From IMG/VR virus record IMGVR_UViG_3300032243_000101, positions 1-31,633 of that record: DNA of 31,633 nt. One strand, 5' to 3'. The notes beneath the pieces were generated by a model that saw only the letters and a program-made list of their open reading frames with translations, was not told where the DNA came from and searched no databases. The DNA is from a virus (taxonomy: Duplodnaviria > Caudoviricetes). The position numbers and the translations under genes are program-made. Positions 23,662 to 31,633 of this stretch are shown in pieces (the stretch's first letter is position 1; each line of letters opens with the position of its first letter).

Positions 23662-26600
23662 ATGCGCATCTACCGCGTACAAGGCCCGGACGGGCGTATA
23701 CACCGATTGGAAGGCCCGGATGATGCAAGCCCAGAGCAAGTAATTGCTGCACTGCAACAGCAACTGGGGATAACATCCCCAGCCCCGGAAGAACCCGCTG
23801 CCCCTCAAAAAACAGGGCTTGGTGCGGCGGTTGGTAAAGGGATTGAATCTTTAATCTCCAGTGGGCGCACTGCTTTTGGGGCTTTGACTGGTTCTCCCGA
23901 GGAAGCCGCAGTAGAGGCGCAGCAAAGACAAACAGATATTGAAAAAAAATACGCTGACCAAGTAAGCCTTGATAAAGTCCAAAAAGCGTATGAAAAAGAT
24001 GGGGTACTGTCCGCTGCTGGCGAAACCCTGCGCCAAGTCCCGTACGCCATAGCTGAACAAGCGCCTCAACTAGCTACGATGTTTGGCGGTGCGCGGGCCG
24101 GTGCTGCGTTGGGTTCTTTGGCTGGCCCCGTCGGTACGGTTGTAGGCGGCGTTGCAGGCGCAGCGCTTCCGTCCCTTATTCAGCAGTTCGGTGGAAACAT
24201 CGAGCGCCAAGCAAAAGAGCAGACCGAACGTGGTGAGCCGCTCTCCATTGATACCGGTGCAGCCGGTGCTGCTGCCCTTCCACAAGCTGCATTGGACGTT
24301 GCCGGGTCATTCATTCCGTTTGGCGGCAAATTAATTTCAAAATTAACTGGTGTTCCGGTTGGTGCATTGTTAGGCAAAAGCGCGGCCCAAGCTGCAAAAA
24401 TTGCCGACGAGCGGTTGCTTACAACCTTGGCCAAGGGCGTAGCCGAAGGCGCATTGGCTGAAATTCCTACTGAAATTGCCCAGCAAATGTTGGAACGGGC
24501 GCAAGCTGGGTTGTCTTTAAGTGATGAAGATGCCATGCGCGAGTATGGGCAGACGGCATATCAAGTTGGTTTGTTAGCCCCCCTTGGGGCTGTTGGGCGT
24601 TTTAGTGAAAAAAGTGCGGCTCGACAGCAGATAGAAGAAACACCCCCCGTACAACCCCCACAAGATTTATTACGCCTCGGGTACGACCAAGGCACGGCTG
24701 CGCCTGTAGTTCCCCCGCTTGTAACCCCAGCGCCCGTACAAGAAACGCCCAACTTACCAGACTTAATGGATCAGCATGGTGTGCTGGCACAACAACTTGA
24801 CCCACTGTTGGCGCAATATACCGCTGCTGCTGAGCAACAAGACACCGAGGCAGTCCGAGCGTTAGGCCCCCAGATCAAAGACTTGCAGGACAAGATAACC
24901 AACTCGGCTAATTTGATTGAGCAGCTTGGCGGTACTACGGTTACTCCAGAAGAATTGGAAACCAAACACCAAGCCGCGCTGTCTAATTTGGATACCAAGA
25001 TTGATACAGCCCACAAGAAGCTAGTGGAAGCCACTAAAAATGCGGACTTTGAAAACGTAGACAAGCATGCCCAGACGCTGGACACATTAAAAGCGCAACG
25101 CGAAGATCAGATACAAGACTACACCAAGCGCCTTAAAGCGCTTCAAGTAGCAGGAACACCAAAGGGTGAAACACAGAACCTGTTCACCGAAGCCCAAGCG
25201 CCCGTACCCACAACGCCACAAGCCCCGGTCACCAAGTATTTGCAAGAGCAAGGCGCTGCTTTAAAACCCGAGCAAGTTGCAGCCCTTGAAGCCCCCGCTG
25301 CGCCTGCTGCCGATACTGGCCCTACTGCGGACGAAGTAAAACGTAAGCTGGCTATTCAGACTGCGGAGCATATCGGCGGTCAGATTGCCCAGCTTAAAAC
25401 CGAAACCGATAACTTGGTAAGCCGCAGGTATCTTGCGGACTCCGGCGCTCCTAACCCTTACGTTACAGATAAATTTGCCCAGATGAACGAACTGCAAAAG
25501 CAGTTTGATACTTTGACTGCGCAGTATCTGGAAACGCAACCCAAAATGAAACCGCTGGGTTTGTTTGACCCAGACAACGTATTTAAAACCGCCGTACAAA
25601 ACAATGACCGGGATGCCCTTGATAGGTTAGCCCAGCAGCACAAACAAGAAAAGCTGATGGAGCGCAATAAACAGCGCGAAGTTGAGAAGGCTGAGAACGA
25701 CCGTTTGATTGCTTCGCTTGATGAACGTTTGGGCCTTGGTGGTGAGGATTTAGCCAAAAAAACAGGGGAGCCCCTGCGCAGCGTTAAATCAACGCGCATT
25801 TCCGAAGGCCCAGCCTATGATGCGCTTGTAGCCGACATTCAAGCTATCCGGGACAAAGTTGAGAAGGTACAAGGCAATGCCAAGTACTCTATACGTGACA
25901 GGCTTGATGTAATTGCGGCTGAACACGAGCAAAAGAAAGCCGTTTACACCGACCCAAAATCTACGTCTCGTCAAAAAACAGGCGCGCTGCGGCGCATGAA
26001 CACGCTGGTAAATGAGTTCAATGGGATTGTAGAAACACACCTAGACCCAGCAATTAAAAAAATCCAAGACTTGCACACCCAATTCCGCAAGATTGAACCA
26101 GTTAAAAAAGTAAGCGAAGTAAAGGCAGAGAAGGCGGCACTGTCCCGCGTTGAAGGTAAAGACATCAGGATGTCGCCCGAAGCCCGGCAAGCTAAACGCA
26201 TTAATTCAGGTCGGATTGCGCCAGAAATTGAAAACAGCAAGGCGGCTAAAGAAGTGGCTATTGAATTGGGTCGGCAAATGCCCGAGTACCAAAAGCAACT
26301 TGACGAAGTGCGTCGGCGTCTCCAAGCGTTAAAAGAAAAGTATGGCCCTGATGATAAGCAGGTAGAAATATACAAACAAAACGCAGTCAAACAGTTGGGC
26401 GAAAATGCACTTAAGCTTGGTCGCACTACGCCTGAATACATTGCTTCTTTAAAAGAAGTAGTTGCAGCGCTCCAAGAATCTTACGAAAGCGCCGGTAAGC
26501 AGGAAATTAAAAGCAAACGTACCCAACAAGTTACGCGTAAAACAAATGTTGCGTCCCGGGAGCAAAGTGGTGTATCCAACCGTGCAGCTAAACAAGAGCT

Positions 26601-29600
26601 TCGGCAAAGGCAACAAAACTTGGTGAAAGATTTCACCGAAGGCATGCAAAGCGAGAAATCTCGCCAATCACGCGGTGTGGAAGTTGAAAGCCCCGACTTG
26701 ACCACGGAACAAGTCAAGCATATTGACAACAACGACATTCAAGCAGCGTTTACCAGCATTGCCAACGACCCCAAAGCCAGCCCGTTGAACCGTGCTGTTG
26801 CGCAGCGTTTGGCGGGCATACTGGACAACACTAACGTTCGTGCCGAGGACAACCTTACTGACAACGGCGACGAAATCCTTGGTAGAGCTATTTCCACCGA
26901 AGTGGTGCTGAACCGCCAAAGCGGCATGAACCAAGAGGTACTGCTGCACGAGGGCACACACGCGGCGGTTGAACGCGTTATTCAGTTATATGAAAGCGAC
27001 CCAAGCAAGCTGACCGAAACCCAGCGTATAGCTATGCGGGAGCTTCAAGCCTTGTACGCGGCAATTAAAAACGACCCGTCCATTACCAGCGCTAATGCCA
27101 AAGGTAGTTTGTCTGAGTTTGCAGCGGAGATACTGTCCAACCGCAATTTGCAAGAGCAGCTACGCAGCAAGAAGTGGAAGATGTCGGACGCATGGCAAGG
27201 TGTAAAGAGCATCATCTTGCGTTTGCTGGGGTTCAGCAAAGCCGAAACCGAGACCATGTTGGGCGCTGGTATTCAAGCCGTGGATGCGCTTATGGTTCCA
27301 TCCAGTGTGCGCGGCTTAAACCGTGGCGTAGAGAAAGCAATATCGGGGGTGCGCAACGTCCCGTACTCCAACGCCCAAAAAGACATTGCCGCCTTGCACA
27401 CAGGCAGCAACTCCATGAAGCAGTTTTCGGAAGCTTTTGGCGTAGACATTAAACAGAAAGACCGCACGCCAGAAGACGTTGAACGTATTGCGGAAAACTA
27501 TTTAAAAAGCGTTGTTACATCGCCCGAAGATCACATAGCTAAACCGTATACCGGAAATAGCTTATTGAAACAAGACGAAAGCACGTTAACTCAAGAACAA
27601 AAAGACGACGTTGCAAAGTTAAAAGCGTTGATGGTAGAACTTGAAGAATTTAATAACAAACATGATCGCCGGTACAGACCACCAAAACTAAATACGTTAG
27701 AAGCGGAAGCTGAACGTAAAAAATATAAAGAAGAAAAGAAAAAAATAGAAACGGCAATTAATGAACAAGATTTAAAAATGTCGTCGTTGGACTACCGTGT
27801 GCGTATGTCTGACGGTGAAAATTTAAATCTTGATAACCCTTTGCACTATGCACAGGCAACGGGCCCTGACCTTGTTATGGCGCAAGCACAAAAAGACCCG
27901 GGGTTGCGCCGTAGGGAAGCCGAACACATAGACGCAAAACGCACAATGGAATTGCGGGATTTAGCTGGTTTGCTTTATGCCGACAAAAGCTTTACCGCAG
28001 CAGAACGCGCACTGGTTTTAAAAGCGGCGGGTAAGTACTCGGTTACTTCTGACGATAATGGGCGTTTAAAACTTGTAAATATTTCTCCTAACAACCGGCA
28101 TGATGTAGCCGTAGTTAGTTTGGCAGATGCGGCGTTTGTTATTCAAAAGCTACGCGAAGGTTTGCCGTTAAAGCAAGCTTTTCTTGAAGGACTACAAGAA
28201 AACGCTAACCGCAACGCGGCGGTAAATCAAGCGTTAAATAAAAACGGCTGGCAAAAGTTTGACCAAGTTTCAGAAAACCAAGACACGCAAAAAGCAGCAG
28301 AAGAATTAAACGCCGCATGCGCAGGCACGCCTTGGTGTACAGGCAATAGTATGGGGCACGCTAGAGGCCAAATTGAAGGCGGCGATTTTTACGTTTACTT
28401 TAAAAACGGCAAAGCGCAAGTTGCCGTGCGTATGTACGGCCAAGAAAAAATTGGTGAAGTGCGGGGTACTTTGCCGGGACAAGCACTGACTCCAGAGCAA
28501 CAAAAAATTGCTGATAATTTTTTAATAAGCAAAAATTTTGCAAACACAGAAAATTACATTAACGAATTTAAACGTAAAGCGGCTTTAGTTGATTTAGCTA
28601 AAGGCGAAGAAATTACAGATGCTAATTTAATTTATTTTGAAAGAGCAGTGGCGGATAATGTTTCTATTAAGAGCGCATACGGTAATGGTTTAGACGAGGT
28701 ACTTTTTAACAAAAACCCCATTGACATTAAACATTTATTTAACTTTGAAGCTATTGATGGTTACGGAGGTCGCCCTGCCCCGTCTGAAAAAGTAGTAGAC
28801 TTTTTTAGCACTAAATTTAAAAACATGCTTACCAAAGAGTATGCTAAAAACAATTTTATTGGGGTAATATTAACTAGCGAAAATGCAACTAATTTGCAAC
28901 AAAAACCATATAAGTTTTTATTTGATGGTAAAAAATACACCGTTGACTCAAAAACAGTTAAAGGTCTTGGTGGGTTAGCTTTTTACGCTGACATTGACAT
29001 ATCTTTACCGGCGCTAGAAAAAATTTACCAGTTAGAAATAACAGAAAATGGTGCTTGTGATTTTCCAGCGCTTAAAGATTTGTATCGCTTAACCGTTGGG
29101 GGCGGTTATATTAATATAAATACGGCTCCCGGAGCTGTTTTTGACGCTTTAATTGCACAAGATTATAAAGCGGGCGTTCACAAAGTATTTTTAAATGGCG
29201 TAGAAACGATACGTTATTTAGATTTAACATCGGATTCAGGTGCGGTCAAGTTAATTGCGCCTGATCTTTTATACGCACCCAAACAAGCGCCTGTACTATT
29301 TGATGAGTACACGGTGGGGAATAGTTTAGCCAGACATATTTCAAACCGTTTTAACGAAGGCCCAGAAACTGCTAATGCAGTTAGGGATTTTATAACATAT
29401 TTGCCCCCTAAATTTGTTCAAAAAGCACGCACTGCATTACGGGAAGAACACCCACAAGGTTTAAAAGACGTATATGTTGGGGATTTAACTAACACGGTAA
29501 CACGTAGTATTGAAACCCAAAATCCAACACAAAAAGAAATTTTTGAAATTTACAAGGCCATAAACTCTTTTATAAATTCAAAGGAGTTTACGGAACAACC

Positions 29601-31633
29601 CGGTGAACTAATAGCACCCAATCTTATTGCGGATGCGCCGCCAGTACAACGGCTTACCGAAGCGCCCGAGGCTCCAAGGTTTGCCAAAGTGGGCGTGGTC
29701 AAAGACAAGGACGGCAACAACTTCTTCCGTACCCGTACGCAAGCTACAACGCTGGGCAGTTCTTTTATTGCCCAAGAAACCAGCGCCAAGGACAAGTTCC
29801 TTGGTAACGTCATGGGCCTCACAGGGCGTGTGCAGTTTGTGGACAAGGACGCCGCGTTGTCCGCAGCTTTGCGCAAAGGCGTTGATGCAAAAGTACTAAA
29901 CAACCTTGATGCGCAAAATGCCGAGTACTTCCTGCGCTTTGGGCAAAACACCAGCCAGCTTGCAGGCCAAGCGCTGACCAACGGAAACATCCGTATCCGC
30001 GAAGGCAAGGGCGGGGGTTACATCTACGAAAGCGTCAAAGGCCCCAACATGATGGACGCGGCGCAGGCGTTGGAAAAAGGCAAGTTTAAAAACGACACTG
30101 AAGCCGAAGCAGTTTTGACTGCGTATGTAACTGGACTACGTGCGGATGTTGTTGGTTGGGACAAACTCAACTACGAGAATCCCGCCAAAGTTAAACAAGA
30201 GCACGCCCAGATCATGGCTATGCTCAACGCCAACCCAGAAAAAATGGCTGCGGTTAAGGAAGCTGCACGCATTTACAAAGAGTTTAACGATGGGCAGCTT
30301 GATTTTGCTGCACAGGCCGGTTATCTATCCAAAGAAAAAGTAGCCGAGCTAAAACGTACACCGTATATCCCGTTTTACCGCGTGAACAGCAACAACAACG
30401 TCGAGTTGATGATTGACAAAGAACACGCTATACGGATTGGCAACATTAAGGATGAGCCTCAATTGCATGCACTGGTGGGCGATAACAAACAGATTTTGCC
30501 AATCTTTACCAGCGCGGTGCAGAACACGTTCATGCTAACCAACATGTCGCTGCGCAATAAATCTGTGCAGGAGTCGGCGTTTTTGCTGCACAAGATGGGT
30601 ATTGCTAGCGTTGTGGGTCAGGGCGTAGGGCCAGCTAACGCCAACACGGTGCGGTTCCAAGTCAAAGGCGTGCCGCACTTTGTAACTATCGACACCGACA
30701 TGTACGGCATCCCGGCAGATTTAATTGTCAAAGGGATGGAGGGCATTAAGACTTCCATGCCCGCGCTTGTACAAATGATGGGAGCGCCTGCAACTTTGTT
30801 GCGCAACTTCATTGTGCGTAACCCGGCCTACGCTTTGCGCCAAGTTATCCGTGACCCAATGACCGCGTGGTTGACCACCGGCACAGACGCAACGCCAATC
30901 CTGTCGTCCATGCGGGAGCTAGCCAGCATGGTAGCCGGGCGCAGCGAAACCGAAAACAAGTTGATGCAGACCGGCGCTATCAGCAGCAACGTCTTTACTG
31001 GCGACCAGCGGGACATGTCCAAGTTTCTAAAGCAAATCAGTACCGGCCAATCTGGCTGGGCTAAAGGGATGGCTAAGCTAGACGCTTTTGCGCTTCAAGG
31101 CGATGCGGCTACCCGCGCAGTGATCTATAAAGATTCGCTGGATAAAGGAATGTCTGAGCAGGCGGCGTTGCTGCGCACGCTAGAGTCCATGAACTTTGGA
31201 CGGCGCGGCTTATCTCCCAGCGTGCAATGGCTCAATACCATGATTCCGTTCTTCAACGCGCAAATTCAGGGCTTGGATGTGCTGTACCGAGCGTTCAAGG
31301 GGGATATGCCCTACAGCGAACAGTTAAAAATCCGCCAGAAGATGGTGGCTCGGGGGCTTATGCTTGCCGCAGGCACGATGGCTTACGCTGCCATGATGCA
31401 AGATGATGAAGCGTACAAGCGTGCCAAGCCCGAAGAGCGCTATGGTAACTGGTTTGTATACGTACCCGGCTCCAAAGAACCACTTAAAATTCCTGTGCCG
31501 TTTGAATTGGGTTACTTGTTTAAGTCTTTGCCGGAGGCGGTATTCAACCTAGCTGCCGGTGATGAGAAAGCCAAAGCGGCGGTGGGCGGTATGTTAACGC
31601 TTATCGACCAATCCAATCCGTTCCAACTACCTG
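23662..31633 (+). CDS. Giant polyvalent internal virion protein (>2657 aa, 3'-truncated) with zincin-like HExxH, WCT/PcfJ-like and LPD38-like domains; absent from the ORF track
   Basis: SD TAAGGA and ATG 23662 (MRIYRVQGPDGRIHRLEGPDDA...). Frame 1 has no stop in the segments I translated (including 27481-29700), and the track lists no terminated ORF in this frame, consistent with it running off the window. VLLHEGTH (HEGTH 26947-26961) with EFAAE at 27115; GTPWCT at 28324-28341; SMNFGRRG..IPFFNAQIQG..NWF..KIPVPFELGYLFK.LPE at about 31186-31536. Confidence 0.88.
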   Translation, partial: MRIYRVQGPDGRIHRLEGPDDASPEQVIAALQQQLGITSPAPEEPAAPQKTGLGAAVGKGIESLISSGRTAFGALTGSPEEAAVEAQQRQTDIEKKYADQVSLDKVQKAYEKDGVLSAAGETLRQVPYAIAEQAPQLATMFGGARAGAALGSLAGPVGTVVGGVAGAALPSLIQQFGGNIERQAKEQTERGEPLSIDTGAAGAAALPQAALDVAGSFIPFGGKLISKLTGVPVGALLGKSAAQAAKIADERLLTTLAKGVAEGALAEIPTEIAQQMLERAQAGLSLSDEDAMREYGQTAYQVGLLAPLGAVGRFSEKSAARQQIEETPPVQPPQDLLRLGYDQGTAAPVVPPLVTPAPVQETPNLPDLMDQHGVLAQQLDPLLAQYTAAAEQQDTEAVRALGPQIKDLQDKITNSANLIEQLGGTTVTPEELETKHQAALSNLDTKIDTAHKKLVEATKNADFENVDKHAQTLDTLKAQREDQIQDYTKRLKALQVAGTPKGETQNLFTEAQAPVPTTPQAPVTKYLQEQGAALKPEQVAALEAPAAPAADTGPTADEVKRKLAIQTAEHIGGQIAQLKTETDNLVSRRYLADSGAPNPYVTDKFAQMNELQKQFDTLTAQYLETQPKMKPLGLFDPDNVFKTAVQNNDRDALDRLAQQHKQEKLMERNKQREVEKAENDRLIASLDERLGLGGEDLAKKTGEPLRSVKSTRISEGPAYDALVADIQAIRDKVEKVQGNAKYSIRDRLDVIAAEHEQKKAVYTDPKSTSRQKTGALRRMNTLVNEFNGIVETHLDPAIKKIQDLHTQFRKIEPVKKVSEVKAEKAALSRVEGKDIRMSPEARQAKRINSGRIAPEIENSKAAKEVAIELGRQMPEYQKQLDEVRRRLQALKEKYGPDDKQVEIYKQNAVKQLGENALKLGRTTPEYIASLKEVVAALQESYESAGKQEIKSKRTQQVTRKTNVASREQSGVSNRAAKQELRQRQQNLVKDFTEGMQSEKSRQSRGVEVESPDLTTEQVKHIDNNDIQAAFTSIANDPKASPLNRAVAQRLAGILDNTNVRAEDNLTDNGDEILGRAISTEVVLNRQSGMNQEVLLHEGTHAAVERVIQLYESDPSKLTETQRIAMRELQALYAAIKNDPSITSANAKGSLSEFAAEILSNRNLQEQLRSKKWKMSDAWQGVKSIILRLLGFSKAETETMLGAGIQAVDALMVPSSVRGLNRGVEKAISGVRNVPYSNAQKDIAALHTGSNSMKQFSEAFGVDIKQKDRTPEDVERIAENYLKSVVTSPEDHIAKPYTGNSLLKQDESTLTQEQKDDVAKLKALMVELEEFNNKHDRRYRPPKLNTLEAEAERKKYKEEKKKIETAINEQDLKMSSLDYRVRMSDGENLNLDNPLHYAQATGPDLVMAQAQKDPGLRRREAEHIDAKRTMELRDLAGLLYADKSFTAAERALVLKAAGKYSVTSDDNGRLKLVNISPNNRHDVAVVSLADAAFVIQKLREGLPLKQAFLEGLQENANRNAAVNQALNKNGWQKFDQVSENQDTQKAAEELNAACAGTPWCTGNSMGHARGQIEGGDFYVYFKNGKAQVAVRMYGQEKIGEVRGTLPGQALTPEQQKIADNFLISKNFANTENYINEFKRKAALVDLAKGEEITDANLIYFERAVADNVSIKSAYGNGLDEVLFNKNPIDIKHLFNFEAIDGYGGRPAPSEKVVDFFSTKFKNMLTKEYAKNNFIGVILTSENATNLQQKPYKFLFDGKKYTVDSKTVKGLGGLAFYADIDISLPALEKIYQLEITENGACDFPALKDLYRLTVGGGYININTAPGAVFDALIAQDYKAGVHKVFLNGVETIRYLDLTSDSGAVKLIAPDLLYAPKQAPVLFDEYTVGNSLARHISNRFNEGPETANAVRDFITYLPPKFVQKARTALREEHPQGLKDVYVGDLTNTVTRSIETQNPTQKEIFEIYKAINSFINSKEFTEQPGELIAPNLIADAPPVQRLTEAPEAPRFAKVGVVKDKDGNNFFRTRTQATTLGSSFIAQETSAKDKFLGNVMGLTGRVQFVDKDAALSAALRKGVDAKVLNNLDAQNAEYFLRFGQNTSQLAGQALTNGNIRIREGKGGGYIYESVKGPNMMDAAQALEKGKFKNDTEAEAVLTAYVTGLRADVVGWDKLNYENPAKVKQEHAQIMAMLNANPEKMAAVKEAARIYKEFNDGQLDFAAQAGYLSKEKVAELKRTPYIPFYRVNSNNNVELMIDKEHAIRIGNIKDEPQLHALVGDNKQILPIFTSAVQNTFMLTNMSLRNKSVQESAFLLHKMGIASVVGQGVGPANANTVRFQVKGVPHFVTIDTDMYGIPADLIVKGMEGIKTSMPALVQMMGAPATLLRNFIVRNPAYALRQVIRDPMTAWLTTGTDATPILSSMRELASMVAGRSETENKLMQTGAISSNVFTGDQRDMSKFLKQISTGQSGWAKGMAKLDAFALQGDAATRAVIYKDSLDKGMSEQAALLRTLESMNFGRRGLSPSVQWLNTMIPFFNAQIQGLDVLYRAFKGDMPYSEQLKIRQKMVARGLMLAAGTMAYAAMMQDDEAYKRAKPEERYGNWFVYVPGSKEPLKIPVPFELGYLFKSLPEAVFNLAAGDEKAKAAVGGMLTLIDQSNPFQLP

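Noticed and set aside
152-31064. Many minus-strand and alternative-frame ORFs in the track (e.g. 618..1373, 2837..3448, 8451..8894, 12990..13562, 25971..26441, 29550..30008)
   Set aside because: They lie within coherent + strand genes, lack recognisable motifs or RBS, and are the expected shadows of biased codon usage and repetitive proteins.
23662-31633. Giant ORF as a tape-measure protein or virion RNA polymerase
   Set aside because: No tail tube or sheath genes are present and I recognised no polymerase catalytic motif; the LPD38-like and HExxH motifs fit a polyvalent internal protein. The missing C-terminus cannot be assessed.
1-31633. tRNA, rRNA, integrase, transposase, intron or alternative genetic code
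   Set aside because: Intergenic gaps are too short or otherwise explained, no cloverleaf or mobile-element motif was seen, and genes end normally in TAA, TGA and TAG (e.g. TAG at 6130-6132 and 9370-9372) with full coding density under the standard code.

Overview
This window is the virion-morphogenesis (late) region of a tailed dsDNA bacteriophage, most likely a podovirus-like phage of an aquatic Gram-negative host (inference from gene content: no tail tube, sheath or tape-measure gene is recognisable, and three or four large internal/ejection proteins follow a nozzle-like gene). All credible genes lie on the + strand and are tightly packed, often with 1-4 nt stop/start overlaps. The order is: a 5'-truncated head protein; a Mu gpT-like major capsid protein; a terminator, a sigma70-like promoter and a structured RNA leader; decoration-like proteins; a cluster of small Lys/Gly/Met-rich proteins; head-tail adaptor-like proteins; two fibre genes (one with a C-terminal S74 chaperone); a holin/GH24 lysozyme cassette; a nozzle-like protein; three low-complexity internal proteins; and a giant (>2,650 aa, 3'-truncated) polyvalent protein that is missing from the ORF track and carries HExxH, WCT/PcfJ-like and LPD38-like segments. 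The most interesting signals are (i) a recurrent hydrophobic-x-x-Gly-Gly motif, about 23 copies in 8 putative virion proteins, suggesting a maturation or packaging tag system; (ii) an interlocked three-helix RNA upstream of the gene after the capsid; (iii) a pseudoknot directly after a stop codon that separates two in-frame genes; and (iv) an AT-rich domain cassette inside the giant protein. All product calls come from motif recognition and gene context only; no database search was run.
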